64,000 bases of DNA from Candidatus Binatia bacterium. GTDB taxonomy: Bacteria > Desulfobacterota > Binatia > UBA9968. The position numbers were made by a program, and so were the translations under genes. Below are positions 55,534 through 63,298 of the stretch, in pieces; within the stretch, counting starts at the first letter, position 1; each line of letters begins with the position of its first letter. The stretch covers positions 2,745 through 66,744 of the forward strand of contig DASXUF010000173.1 in the NCBI GenBank assembly GCA_036504975.1, given 5' to 3'. Below the pieces are notes generated by a model. That model ran no database searches. It saw nothing but the letters and a program-made list of their open reading frames with translations, and was not told where the DNA came from.

Positions 55534-56307
55534 TTACTCTGAGGCTTCAGTGAAGCTAACCGACAATTCTTTTACTCTGAAAACGGGAATAGTTGTCGGC
55601 AGTCGATACCAGCTCAAAGTTGTCTCAATCAAACGTTCTTCGCCGGGAGTTAGAACAAACTGTGTTACCCGACTCTCGTGGAGTTTCCAGCCTGATGAAT
55701 CCGATAGAAGCGCGTTTCGAGGTTGATGCCCGCTCGATGTAACAAGTTGCGTTTTCACGGCACGATCACACCCATTCTGGTAGACAGTCGCCTTCTTCAG
55801 GAGATTATTATCCGAATGTGCGTACCAAATCGTTAGGTCACGTTTGGCTTGAATACATCTTTTAGCCGTCGCCGTGGCGTTAAGAAGAGCAGGCGTATTA
55901 TGCAATCGTTCAGCTTCCCTTTCGTCCTGACGATGGATGCGTTGTCCTTGCGACACGGCTGATCTCGTATCGACCTCTGTAGCCAAATATAGTTCGTTGC
56001 CATCATATATTTGCAATAAATAGATTCCACGTTCAAGCCCTTTGAATTCGTAACGTCCATTGTGAGAAGTACTGGAATGTGCCGTAGAACCGGCAACAGC
56101 GGGTAAAGCCTGAAGTCTCACGGTTAGATTAGGACGACCACCGGGATTTTTTTCGTTGTCTATATTTCTCGCGTTGGTTTCATCCGCAACGGAGATCCTC
56201 AGCTCTTCCCCGAGATGGCGGATCTCCAGCGCGATAAAATGGGACGAGATAACCGGCAACCCTCCATCGCTTGTGAAATGGGTGAACGTGGCGAAACAGA
56301 ATGACAT
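55534..56307 (-). CDS. hypothetical protein with carboxypeptidase-regulatory-like beta-sandwich segment, in locally low-GC DNA
   Basis: 257 aa. NGRYEFKGLERGIYLLQIY resembles a CarboxypepD_reg-like fold. Region is visibly more AT-rich than the surrounding ~62% GC. Confidence 0.4.
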   Translation of the reverse strand: MSFCFATFTHFTSDGGLPVISSHFIALEIRHLGEELRISVADETNARNIDNEKNPGGRPNLTVRLQALPAVAGSTAHSSTSHNGRYEFKGLERGIYLLQIYDGNELYLATEVDTRSAVSQGQRIHRQDEREAERLHNTPALLNATATAKRCIQAKRDLTIWYAHSDNNLLKKATVYQNGCDRAVKTQLVTSSGHQPRNALLSDSSGWKLHESRVTQFVLTPGEERLIETTLSWYRLPTTIPVFRVKELSVSFTEASE

Positions 56308-56562
56308 CCGAAACAGGTTGCCAGTGACAGCAGGAACAACTTTGTCAGCGTGCTGAACAGCCTGCCGCCGCGATCATTTGTCCTGATGCAACGGAATATC
56401 ATCTCAGATCCGCCTCAACTCCCTCCTGTGATACTAATGGCTGCCGCCTTGGATGGCCAAAACCGAGCCCCTGCTTGTTAGATAGTTAGCGGGGGACTGA
56501 TTTCTAACCTCTTCGTAGAGATACAGTCAAGCCCCTTAGGAAACTGAGTCGGGATTATTTCG

Positions 56563-56722
56563 TCCCAAAAATTTTATGGAAAAGCTTAACGTAGCGGTCG
56601 AAGTCGGCATAGACCTCGTCGGGAGTGAAAACTGCGGTGAATCCCTGCGCCAGTTTGGGGGTATCGGGCGAGACGTCGGTGCGGTCGGGCACGCGCCGCT
56701 GGGCGCGGATACTGTCTGGCCG
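56563..56722. repeat. gene-remnant repeat copy 1 (C-terminal ~50 codons of an unidentified gene, minus strand)
   Basis: ~88% identical over ~160 nt to 57548-57710. Minus-strand translation ...IRAQRRVPDRTDVSPDTPKLAQGFTAVFTPDEVYADFDRYVKLFHKIFGTK*. Confidence 0.6.
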
Positions 56723-56830
56723 GCCTAAAAATAAAACGGACAGGCAGACAAGCCGATTGGATTCCTCATTTGCCTCGAAGATTTCAATCTGATACGCATG
56801 TCAACGTTTGAGACGAAGGAGGCAGCGGAT

Positions 56831-57175
56831 ATGAGATTAGCCAAAGCAATCCCTTTGATGTTGATGACGCTGACGTTGCCGGCCTTGATCGGTTGTGGAA
56901 CCATGGGCGGCAAAACTCCTCCCCCAGAACAGCCTGTGGCTCGGCCGATGGGCGTCGAGACGCCTGAGGACGCAGCTCTTAGCAAAGCGGTCAAGCAACG
57001 ACTTTCAGCGGAGAAAGCCGTCAACCTATCGCCCGTGGTCGTGGAAGCGAGAAAAGGGACGGTCTACCTGAGCGGGCGCGTGTCGTCTTTAGATGCGCGG
57101 GAGCAAGCGACCAAAATTGCATGGCAGGTAGCGGGCGTTCAAACGGTTTTGAATCATCTCGAGGTTGGAGAATAG
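56831..57175 (+). CDS. BON-domain lipoprotein
   Basis: Start MRLAKAIPLMLMTLTLPALIGC (lipobox LIGC) after GAAGGAGG. BON domain (VVVEARKGTVYLSGRVSSLDAREQATKIAWQVAGVQTV). Confidence 0.7.
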   Translation: MRLAKAIPLMLMTLTLPALIGCGTMGGKTPPPEQPVARPMGVETPEDAALSKAVKQRLSAEKAVNLSPVVVEARKGTVYLSGRVSSLDAREQATKIAWQVAGVQTVLNHLEVGE

Positions 57176-57547
57176 CAAGTCTACGAGGTCATCACTGAGT
57201 CATCATTTCGACGCCAAAGCCAGCCCTGGTCGGCCCGCAGGGTCAGACTTTCTCAGACTGTTGAAAAAGTCCTACTCGTGCTTCGACAAGCTCAGCACGA
57301 ACGGAAATTACTCAACGATTCCAATACTAGGTCCGTTCGCCCTGAGACTCTCGAAGGGTGAACGGGGGTTTTTCAACAGTCTGTTCTATTCTAAAGAATC
57401 TTCCTCATGTGAGTTGTTTTACACCGCGATCGATTCGATCCGCTGGAGCGGAGAGTGAAAGCCGTTCGGCTTGGAGGTCTTCTTTCAGACGTTGCTGGCG
57501 CGTGGTTTCGGTCCAACAACCCCGTGCCCCTGCGGATTCTCAGGCCG

Positions 57548-57710
57548 ATTATTTCGTCCTAAAAATATTCTGGAAAAGCTTCACGTAGCGGTCAAAGTCG
57601 GCGTAGGCCTCATCGGGAGTGAAAACCGCGGTGAACCCTTGCGCCGGTTTGGGAGGATCGGGCAGGACATCGGTGCGGTCGGGCACGCGCCGCTGCGCGC
57701 GGATAATCTC
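57548..57710. repeat. gene-remnant repeat copy 2
   Basis: Minus-strand translation ...IRAQRRVPDRTDVLPDPPKPAQGFTAVFTPDEAYADFDRYVKLFQNIFRTK*. Paralogous to 56563-56722. No intact parent gene in the window. Confidence 0.6.
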
Positions 57711-57825
57711 CTACCCGGCTTTTGACAGCACGAAATCGATGAACAATTTTCCCGCACTGGGGCGGCGCGCTTGACTCGAAATCAAGTGTTGCGATTGCGC
57801 GTTAACCCCCTGGATGCCAACTTCC

Positions 57826-57849
57826 ATGTTTCCGGAATTCCGGAAACGT
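57826..57849. promoter_or_regulatory. palindromic operator copy A (core GTTTCCGGAATTCCGGAAAC, outer arms imperfect)
   Basis: Located 28 nt downstream of the ArsR stop. Followed by the conserved GTGAGATATAACG tail shared with copies B and D. Confidence 0.55.
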
Positions 57850-57876
57850 GAGATATAACGTCATCGTTGTCTGTCT

Positions 57877-58179
57877 CTAGCGCCGTACCGGAGAAGCCGC
57901 TTTCACAAAGCGCGAAAGCGCGGTTAGAACACTCTTAACCTCACTCGGATGTTTGAGCCGGTACTGATTCCGCCTGCCATCCATCTGGTAGCGCACAACC
58001 TCGGCCACCCGCAGCACGCCGAGCACGGTGCTGACCCGCTGCACGCTCCTGCCGAGCGCGCGGGCGATTGCGCCGACGCTCAGCTCTTTGTTCTCCGCCA
58101 GCAGTTGAACGACGGCGAAGGCCAGCGGATTCCCGAGCAAGCGACAGAGCCGCGATTGTCTGTAGCTCCCTTCCTCCAC
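57877..58179 (-). CDS. ArsR/SmtB-family transcriptional regulator (no canonical metal-binding Cys pair)
   Basis: 100 aa. Winged HTH (LSVGAIARALGRSVQRVSTVLGVLRVAEVVRYQ). GTG start 14 nt downstream of palindrome B. Confidence 0.8.
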   Translation of the reverse strand: MEEGSYRQSRLCRLLGNPLAFAVVQLLAENKELSVGAIARALGRSVQRVSTVLGVLRVAEVVRYQMDGRRNQYRLKHPSEVKSVLTALSRFVKAASPVRR

Positions 58180-58192
58180 GCCGGCTTATGTA

Positions 58193-58220
58193 TCACGTTT
58201 CCGGAATTCCGGAAACGTGA
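58193..58220. promoter_or_regulatory. palindromic operator copy B: perfect 28-bp palindrome TCACGTTTCCGGAATTCCGGAAACGTGA
   Basis: Self-complementary over all 28 nt. Immediately upstream of arsR (minus) and in the divergent region toward the bicupin gene (plus). Confidence 0.65.
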
Positions 58221-58632
58221 GATGTAACGTAGTCGCTGCCCCCCTACCGGACCTCGGACGCGGACTGTACAAACGGGAAAGAACGCTGAGAACACTTCAA
58301 TTACCGGCTCAATATCACCGACCAACCTAAGTCCACCGCCTCGCCAACTGCTCGTATCGAACGGATTTACGGATATCGCTAGTTGGTCGGAAATCCCGCT
58401 GCCGCCGCCGGCAATAATTGCGGTGCGATCTTCCAAGGAAAAGCGACAGAGATCAATGCAAAGAGGAAGATGGGCCGGTGTGGAGAAGACGGCTTGCCTT
58501 CTTTCTCCAAATGGTGTCTTCTCTTTTGCGAGTGGCTATTTTTTTTAAACGGATCCAGCGCGGATCATTCCGCGGTGGCTCCACTCAGCCAAATCTCAAC
58601 TGAGTCGGGACAGATCAGGAGGCACGGAACCC

Positions 58633-59757
58633 ATGGAAGCACGGAGCGAGGATTTCCCGCGCGAGCGGCTCACGCCCAAGACCGCTTACGAAAAGTGGCA
58701 GGAGGAAGAGAAGATACCGATCCTCAAGGCTTTCTACATCGAAGATGTCCTCAAAGTGGAGCTTGAACCATGGGAAAGGGTGGGGGGGAAAGGCGCGTTT
58801 CTCAACATGGCGGGATCCGAGAATACCAACGGCGCGTATCTCTGCGAAATACCTCCGGGCAAAGGGCTAAAGCCGCAAAGGCATCTTTACGAAGAGATGA
58901 TCTATGTCTTGAGCGGCCGGGGAGGGGCCACGATATGCAACGAGGGAGGAGCCAAGCAGACCTTCGAGTGGCAAGCCGGAAGTCTCTTCAGTCCGCCGCT
59001 CAATTGTTGGTTCCAGCTCTTCAACGGCTCGGGCGGCGAGCCCGCCAGGTTTCTCTCCGTGACTACCGCGCCGCTGGCGATGAACTTGTTTCATAACGCG
59101 CATTTCATCTTCCACTCCGATTATAATTTTACCGACCGTTTCGACGGGCAGACAGGCTATTTCACCGAAAAGAAGGAGCCGGCGCGAACTCATGTCTGGG
59201 AAACGAACTTCGTTTCCAATCTCGGCACGTTCGAGCCGCGGAGCTCGCTCGAGGCTACGGGCAAAGTGGAGAAGCGCGGGGTGGGCATTCGTCGGGCCAT
59301 CTTTGAGATGGCCAGCAATGTCCTTTGCGCCCATATCTCCGAATGGAAGCCCGGGGTTTACAAAAAGGCCCACCGTCACGGCCCCGGCGCCAATATTTTG
59401 ATCCTTGCGGGGCGCGGCTATTCGCTCCTGTGGCAGGAGGGAAGACCGCGCCAAAGAGTCGACTGGCGTCCCGGGAGCCTCTTTGTCCCGCCGCCCCAAT
59501 GGTTCCATCAGCATTTCAATACTTCCCCCACTCCGGTCAGGTTCGTCGCTTTACGCTGGAGCAATAAATTCAGTCTGGGAAGCGTCTTCGGATACGAGGG
59601 CTTCAACACCGACGTCAAGGAGGGGGGCAACCAGATCGAATGGGAGGACCAAGGCCCGGAGATCCATGAACTTTTCGTCAAGGAATGCGCCAAGGCGGGA
59701 GCGCAGGTAGCGCCTGAATTACAACAGATATTCGATCAAGGAAAAGCGCGAGGGTGA
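58633..59757 (+). CDS. bicupin protein, gentisate/hydroxynaphthoate 1,2-dioxygenase-like
   Basis: 374 aa with two cupin modules. The second carries His-rich motifs (KKAHRHGPGANILI...PPPQWFHQHFN) typical of ring-cleaving bicupin dioxygenases. Confidence 0.55.
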   Translation: MEARSEDFPRERLTPKTAYEKWQEEEKIPILKAFYIEDVLKVELEPWERVGGKGAFLNMAGSENTNGAYLCEIPPGKGLKPQRHLYEEMIYVLSGRGGATICNEGGAKQTFEWQAGSLFSPPLNCWFQLFNGSGGEPARFLSVTTAPLAMNLFHNAHFIFHSDYNFTDRFDGQTGYFTEKKEPARTHVWETNFVSNLGTFEPRSSLEATGKVEKRGVGIRRAIFEMASNVLCAHISEWKPGVYKKAHRHGPGANILILAGRGYSLLWQEGRPRQRVDWRPGSLFVPPPQWFHQHFNTSPTPVRFVALRWSNKFSLGSVFGYEGFNTDVKEGGNQIEWEDQGPEIHELFVKECAKAGAQVAPELQQIFDQGKARG

Positions 59758-59779
59758 GGGTCTGCAGGGAACAAACGAC

Positions 59780-60928
59780 ATGAAGAACGATGCCTTGTCT
59801 ATTCTAGCCCGCTGCGCCGCCATCGGACTCTTTTGTTACGGCCTTGTTCCGTTCGGAAAAGGCGTATCGCCGGCGCTCGCGGCGGAGATAAAACCGGACT
59901 GGCGCGCGGAGTGGGAGAGGACGCTGGCGGCGGCGAAGAAGGAAGGCGAGGTTTCTATATACGGACCTTCGAACCGCGACGAGCAAAACGCATTGGTCGA
60001 CGCTTTTCAAAAAGCCTACCCGAATATCAGGGTCAAGTACGTCACGGGAAGACTCAGCGAGCTGGCCAGCAGGATCATGGCGGAGCGGCGGGCGGAAAAA
60101 TTTATCGTCGACATTCTCCTCGGCTCCACCACGACCCCCAACCGGACGCTCAAGCCGGCGGGAGTTTTCCAGCCGATCCACAGCGCTCTGATCCTGCCGG
60201 AGATCTTGGACGCCTCCGCATGGTTCAAAAAGAAACTATGGTTCGGCGACAACGAGGAGCGCTTTTTGATACTCTGGCGCGGCGGTTCCTCGGGCTCTTT
60301 CATGATCAACACCAATCTGGCAAAGCGCGAAGAATTCAGCTCCTATTGGGACCTGCTGAACCCGAAGTGGAAAGGGAAGATTACGGCGCAAGACCCGCGA
60401 GTGACCGGAAGAGGCTACAGCACCTCGGTCTTTTTATACTATGCGAAGGACTACGGCCCCGACTACTTGAAGCGGCTCTTGGGTGAGATGGAAATTGTGC
60501 TCTCGCGCGACAGCCACCAGATCGTCGATTGGCTCGGTCAGGGTAAATTCGCCGTCGCTCTGTTCGTCGGGAGCCAGGGGGAAGGCGACGTCGCGATCCG
60601 ACAGGGCTTGCCGATCACTGAAATCGAGCCCACCAAGGGAAGCGGCGCGTTGGGAACGCCGCGAACCGTTACCTTTGTCAATGGCGCGCCTCATCCCAAC
60701 GCGGCCAAGATATACATCAACTGGCTCCTGTCGCGCGAGGGGCAGATCGCTTACCAGAAAGCGACCGGGACCAATTCCTTAAGAACGGATATACCCAAGA
60801 ACGACGTCAATCCCGCGGAGATGTTGCGGGATGACCGCGACTACATACCGCAGAACCTGGAGAAGTACGAAGAGGGCGCGCGGCCGGGCCTGAAGCAGGT
60901 TTTCGACGCGGTTCTGCCGCAGCGCTAA
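59780..60928 (+). CDS. extracellular solute-binding protein family 1 (Fe3+-type ABC SBP) with signal peptide
   Basis: 382 aa. Signal peptide ILARCAAIGLFCYGLVPFG. Motifs KWKGKITAQDP and HPNAAKIYINWLLS. Confidence 0.75.
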   Translation: MKNDALSILARCAAIGLFCYGLVPFGKGVSPALAAEIKPDWRAEWERTLAAAKKEGEVSIYGPSNRDEQNALVDAFQKAYPNIRVKYVTGRLSELASRIMAERRAEKFIVDILLGSTTTPNRTLKPAGVFQPIHSALILPEILDASAWFKKKLWFGDNEERFLILWRGGSSGSFMINTNLAKREEFSSYWDLLNPKWKGKITAQDPRVTGRGYSTSVFLYYAKDYGPDYLKRLLGEMEIVLSRDSHQIVDWLGQGKFAVALFVGSQGEGDVAIRQGLPITEIEPTKGSGALGTPRTVTFVNGAPHPNAAKIYINWLLSREGQIAYQKATGTNSLRTDIPKNDVNPAEMLRDDRDYIPQNLEKYEEGARPGLKQVFDAVLPQR

Positions 60929-60944
60929 ATGGCTGGAGGTTACG

Positions 60945-61655
60945 ATGGACTGGCTACAAGAATGCCGACAAGAGCTGGACCGCATGGCCAACGAAGTATT
61001 CGAGACGCCGGAGCTGAAGCGCTATTTTTCCAGCCCTCTCACCTGGGCCGGCTATCATGTGAAAAGGACCATGTGGAGCCGCTACGCCAATCCCACACAC
61101 CGGGATTGTTGGGCCTATGTCATGGGAGCCGCTCCGATAGACGTGAAGCAGGTGATCTGGCGCCACGAAGAGGATGAGCTGATTTTTGACGAGCGGCTCG
61201 GGCGAGCGCACGTGGCCTGGGATAAAGAGGAGGAAGAGGAAAAATCTCGAGACAAAGGCTTCGAGGTCCCCGAGGCTCCGCCTGGAGTGCGGGTCGCTTG
61301 TTGGGGGCGGGTTCATATTGCAAAGAACAGCCCATGGCTGGAAGGATTGGCCGCCTCGCACATCATTGAGCGCCTCAATAATCCTAAAGTCGTCAAAGAG
61401 GGGCTGACGCTTTCCCGCCGGGGAGTGAACCAGGTGATGAACGATCTTAAAGTTCCTTTTGACAAGTTAAGTCCCAGCGCACGGGTGCATCTGGACGCGG
61501 ACGAAGAGCACAGCGCTCTTACGTGGAGCGTATTCGAGCGGCACGTCAAGGGCGAGGAGGCATTCAGTCAGTCGATCCAGGGCGCAAAGAGGTCGTTGGA
61601 TTGTTTTAGGGTTTATGCCGACGCGGTGGGGAATCTGATGGCCAGTGTTTCGTGA
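60945..61655 (+). CDS. heme-oxygenase-like fold protein (TenA/PqqC/CADD superfamily, iron-containing redox enzyme family)
   Basis: 236 aa, helical. Paired acidic/His residues (HEEDE...H, E..H) are consistent with di-metal HO-like oxidases. Family-level only. Confidence 0.45.
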   Translation: MDWLQECRQELDRMANEVFETPELKRYFSSPLTWAGYHVKRTMWSRYANPTHRDCWAYVMGAAPIDVKQVIWRHEEDELIFDERLGRAHVAWDKEEEEEKSRDKGFEVPEAPPGVRVACWGRVHIAKNSPWLEGLAASHIIERLNNPKVVKEGLTLSRRGVNQVMNDLKVPFDKLSPSARVHLDADEEHSALTWSVFERHVKGEEAFSQSIQGAKRSLDCFRVYADAVGNLMASVS

Positions 61656-61710
61656 CAATCGCTACCGTGATCGAAGAAATCGTTCAACGAACGTCACGGT
61701 CTTAGTGAAG

Positions 61711-61832
61711 CAGCAGTTGAACGACGGCGAAGGCCAGCGGATTCCCGAGCAAGCGACAGAGACGCGATTGTCTGTAGCTCCCTTCCTCCACGGCGGCTTA
61801 CGTATCACGTTTCCGGAATTCCGGAAACGTGA
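61711..61832. repeat. duplicated arsR 5' end + operator module (copy of 58099-58220), ending in palindrome copy C (61805-61832)
   Basis: ~122 nt with 3-4 mismatches versus 58099-58220. Contains a degenerate arsR N-terminus (GTG EEGSYRQSRLCRLLGNPLAFAVVQLLLH*) and a perfect 28-bp palindrome. Confidence 0.7.
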
Positions 61833-61871
61833 ATACAATCGGCTTGACGTGTCGCGTGCCGTGGATTCCCG

Positions 61872-62096
61872 CTAGCGCGGGATCGCCGGCTTGTCGGAAT
61901 AGCCGTAGCCGCGGAGATCGATATTGATGACTTTGAAGAACGCGGAGAAGTGCGCCGCCTGATGGATGAACATGCGCCGGTCGAACGGGTTGGCATGAAC
62001 CATGATCAGCGGGTAACCCTCGCCTGAGGTCTCGTAATAAATCTTGACCCCGTTTCTCGCGCAGTAAGGCATGGTTTCCTCCCGGAGTAGCGGCAC
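61872..62096 (-). pseudogene. alpha/beta-hydrolase fold protein, N-terminal 74-aa fragment only
   Basis: MPYCARNGVKIYYETSGEGYPLIMVHANPFDRRMFIHQ...INIDLRGYGYSDKP is the canonical start of an ~280-aa alpha/beta hydrolase. The ORF stops after 74 aa exactly where the duplicated arsR/operator module begins. Confidence 0.6.
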
Positions 62097-62103
62097 AGAC
62101 GGC

Positions 62104-63108
62104 TCACTGAATCGCGGCGGCTTTCAGGTATCTCAAGTCGACGAAGCGCTCCGCCGCCGGGACCGGCGTCGGGATCACACCCGCCTCGCCCATCAGAGCC
62201 AGCACGCGATTAAATGCCGCGAGATCCAGTTCGCCCTTCTTCGGCAAGACGTTTTTGCCGGGCTCGAGATAAGGCGCGAAAATCTCGCGCGCGACATCGT
62301 CGGAAATTTTAAGATATTCCTTGATGATGTTCGTGACCTCGTCGCGATTCTTGGGGTCGTTGATGAACATGTAGGAAGCGGCGAACGCGCGCGTGAACCG
62401 GACCAGAGCGTCCTGGTTCTTCTCTCCCCAGGCGCGGCGCGTCATGTCGACGTTGAAAATCAGATCCGTGCCCGCCTCATAGGTGAAGCTGAGTCTGGGA
62501 AAGCCCTGCTTGACCGCGCCCAGGTCTTCCGGCTGGCCCATCGGCACCGCGGCGCATTCTCCCGCTTTGAGACAGTCGAAGCGGGCGGCGGTGCCGACGA
62601 CGGCCTTGGCGCGAAAATCCGCCGCCTTGATGCCTTTGGCGGCAAGCAGCCTCAACGTCGACAACGTGATCGTATCGCCCGTCGTCGACAGACCCAGCAC
62701 CTTCTCTTTCAAATCGGCAAAGCTCTTGATCTCGGGTCTCACGATCAGGCTGTAGACGGGATTGGTCGTTTGGGCGAGGATCGCCACCGCGTCGGAGCCC
62801 TTGAGCGCCGCCTGGATCAGGTAGGGCGTGGCGTTCCTGCCCGCGTCGATCTCGCCCTTGTCGAGCGCTGCGACGATCCTGTCCGTGCCGCCGGGAATCG
62901 GAACCACGACTAGATTGATCCCCTCACGGACGAAGAAACCCTTGCGCTCGGCAACGGTCAGCGGGAGCGACGACAGGCTGCCGGCCGAGGCAGCGTTTTG
63001 CCCGTAGCGCAAGGTGAACGGCTCCGCGGCGAGCGCCGCCTCGATCATGCCTGCGCAGAATAGCGCGGCGAGGGAGAGAATGCGCCGAATCATGATGGCC
63101 TTCGTCAT
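62104..63108 (-). CDS. NMT1/THI5-like ABC substrate-binding protein with signal peptide
   Basis: 334 aa. Signal peptide MIRRILSLAALFCAGMIEAALA. GGGGAGG Shine-Dalgarno upstream of ATG 63108. Palindrome copy D lies ~60 nt upstream. Confidence 0.7.
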   Translation of the reverse strand: MTKAIMIRRILSLAALFCAGMIEAALAAEPFTLRYGQNAASAGSLSSLPLTVAERKGFFVREGINLVVVPIPGGTDRIVAALDKGEIDAGRNATPYLIQAALKGSDAVAILAQTTNPVYSLIVRPEIKSFADLKEKVLGLSTTGDTITLSTLRLLAAKGIKAADFRAKAVVGTAARFDCLKAGECAAVPMGQPEDLGAVKQGFPRLSFTYEAGTDLIFNVDMTRRAWGEKNQDALVRFTRAFAASYMFINDPKNRDEVTNIIKEYLKISDDVAREIFAPYLEPGKNVLPKKGELDLAAFNRVLALMGEAGVIPTPVPAAERFVDLRYLKAAAIQ

Positions 63109-63168
63109 AGACTGCCTCCCCTGGCACGTCTCAATTTTTATATCTTCGACTCCACGCCGGCTTATGTA

Positions 63169-63196
63169 TCACGTTTCCGGAATTCCGGAAACGTGA
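63169..63196. promoter_or_regulatory. palindromic operator copy D: perfect 28-bp palindrome TCACGTTTCCGGAATTCCGGAAACGTGA
   Basis: In the divergent intergenic region between the NMT1-like SBP (minus) and the reductase-like gene (plus). Flanked by the same CTCCACGCCGGCTTATGTA and GTGAGATATAACG arms as copy B. Confidence 0.65.
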
Positions 63197-63298
63197 GATA
63201 TAACGCATCCGTAATCTCAACCGACTTCGCGACAGCGTAGTTGACTCAACACCCGCCCGTGCAGTAGGGGTATGGTTAACCCTAAAAGGAACTCTGTC

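Noticed and set aside
62071-62913. 280-aa plus-strand ORF
   Set aside because: Entirely antisense to the well-supported NMT1-like SBP gene (62104-63108) and lacks any motif; classed as a shadow ORF.
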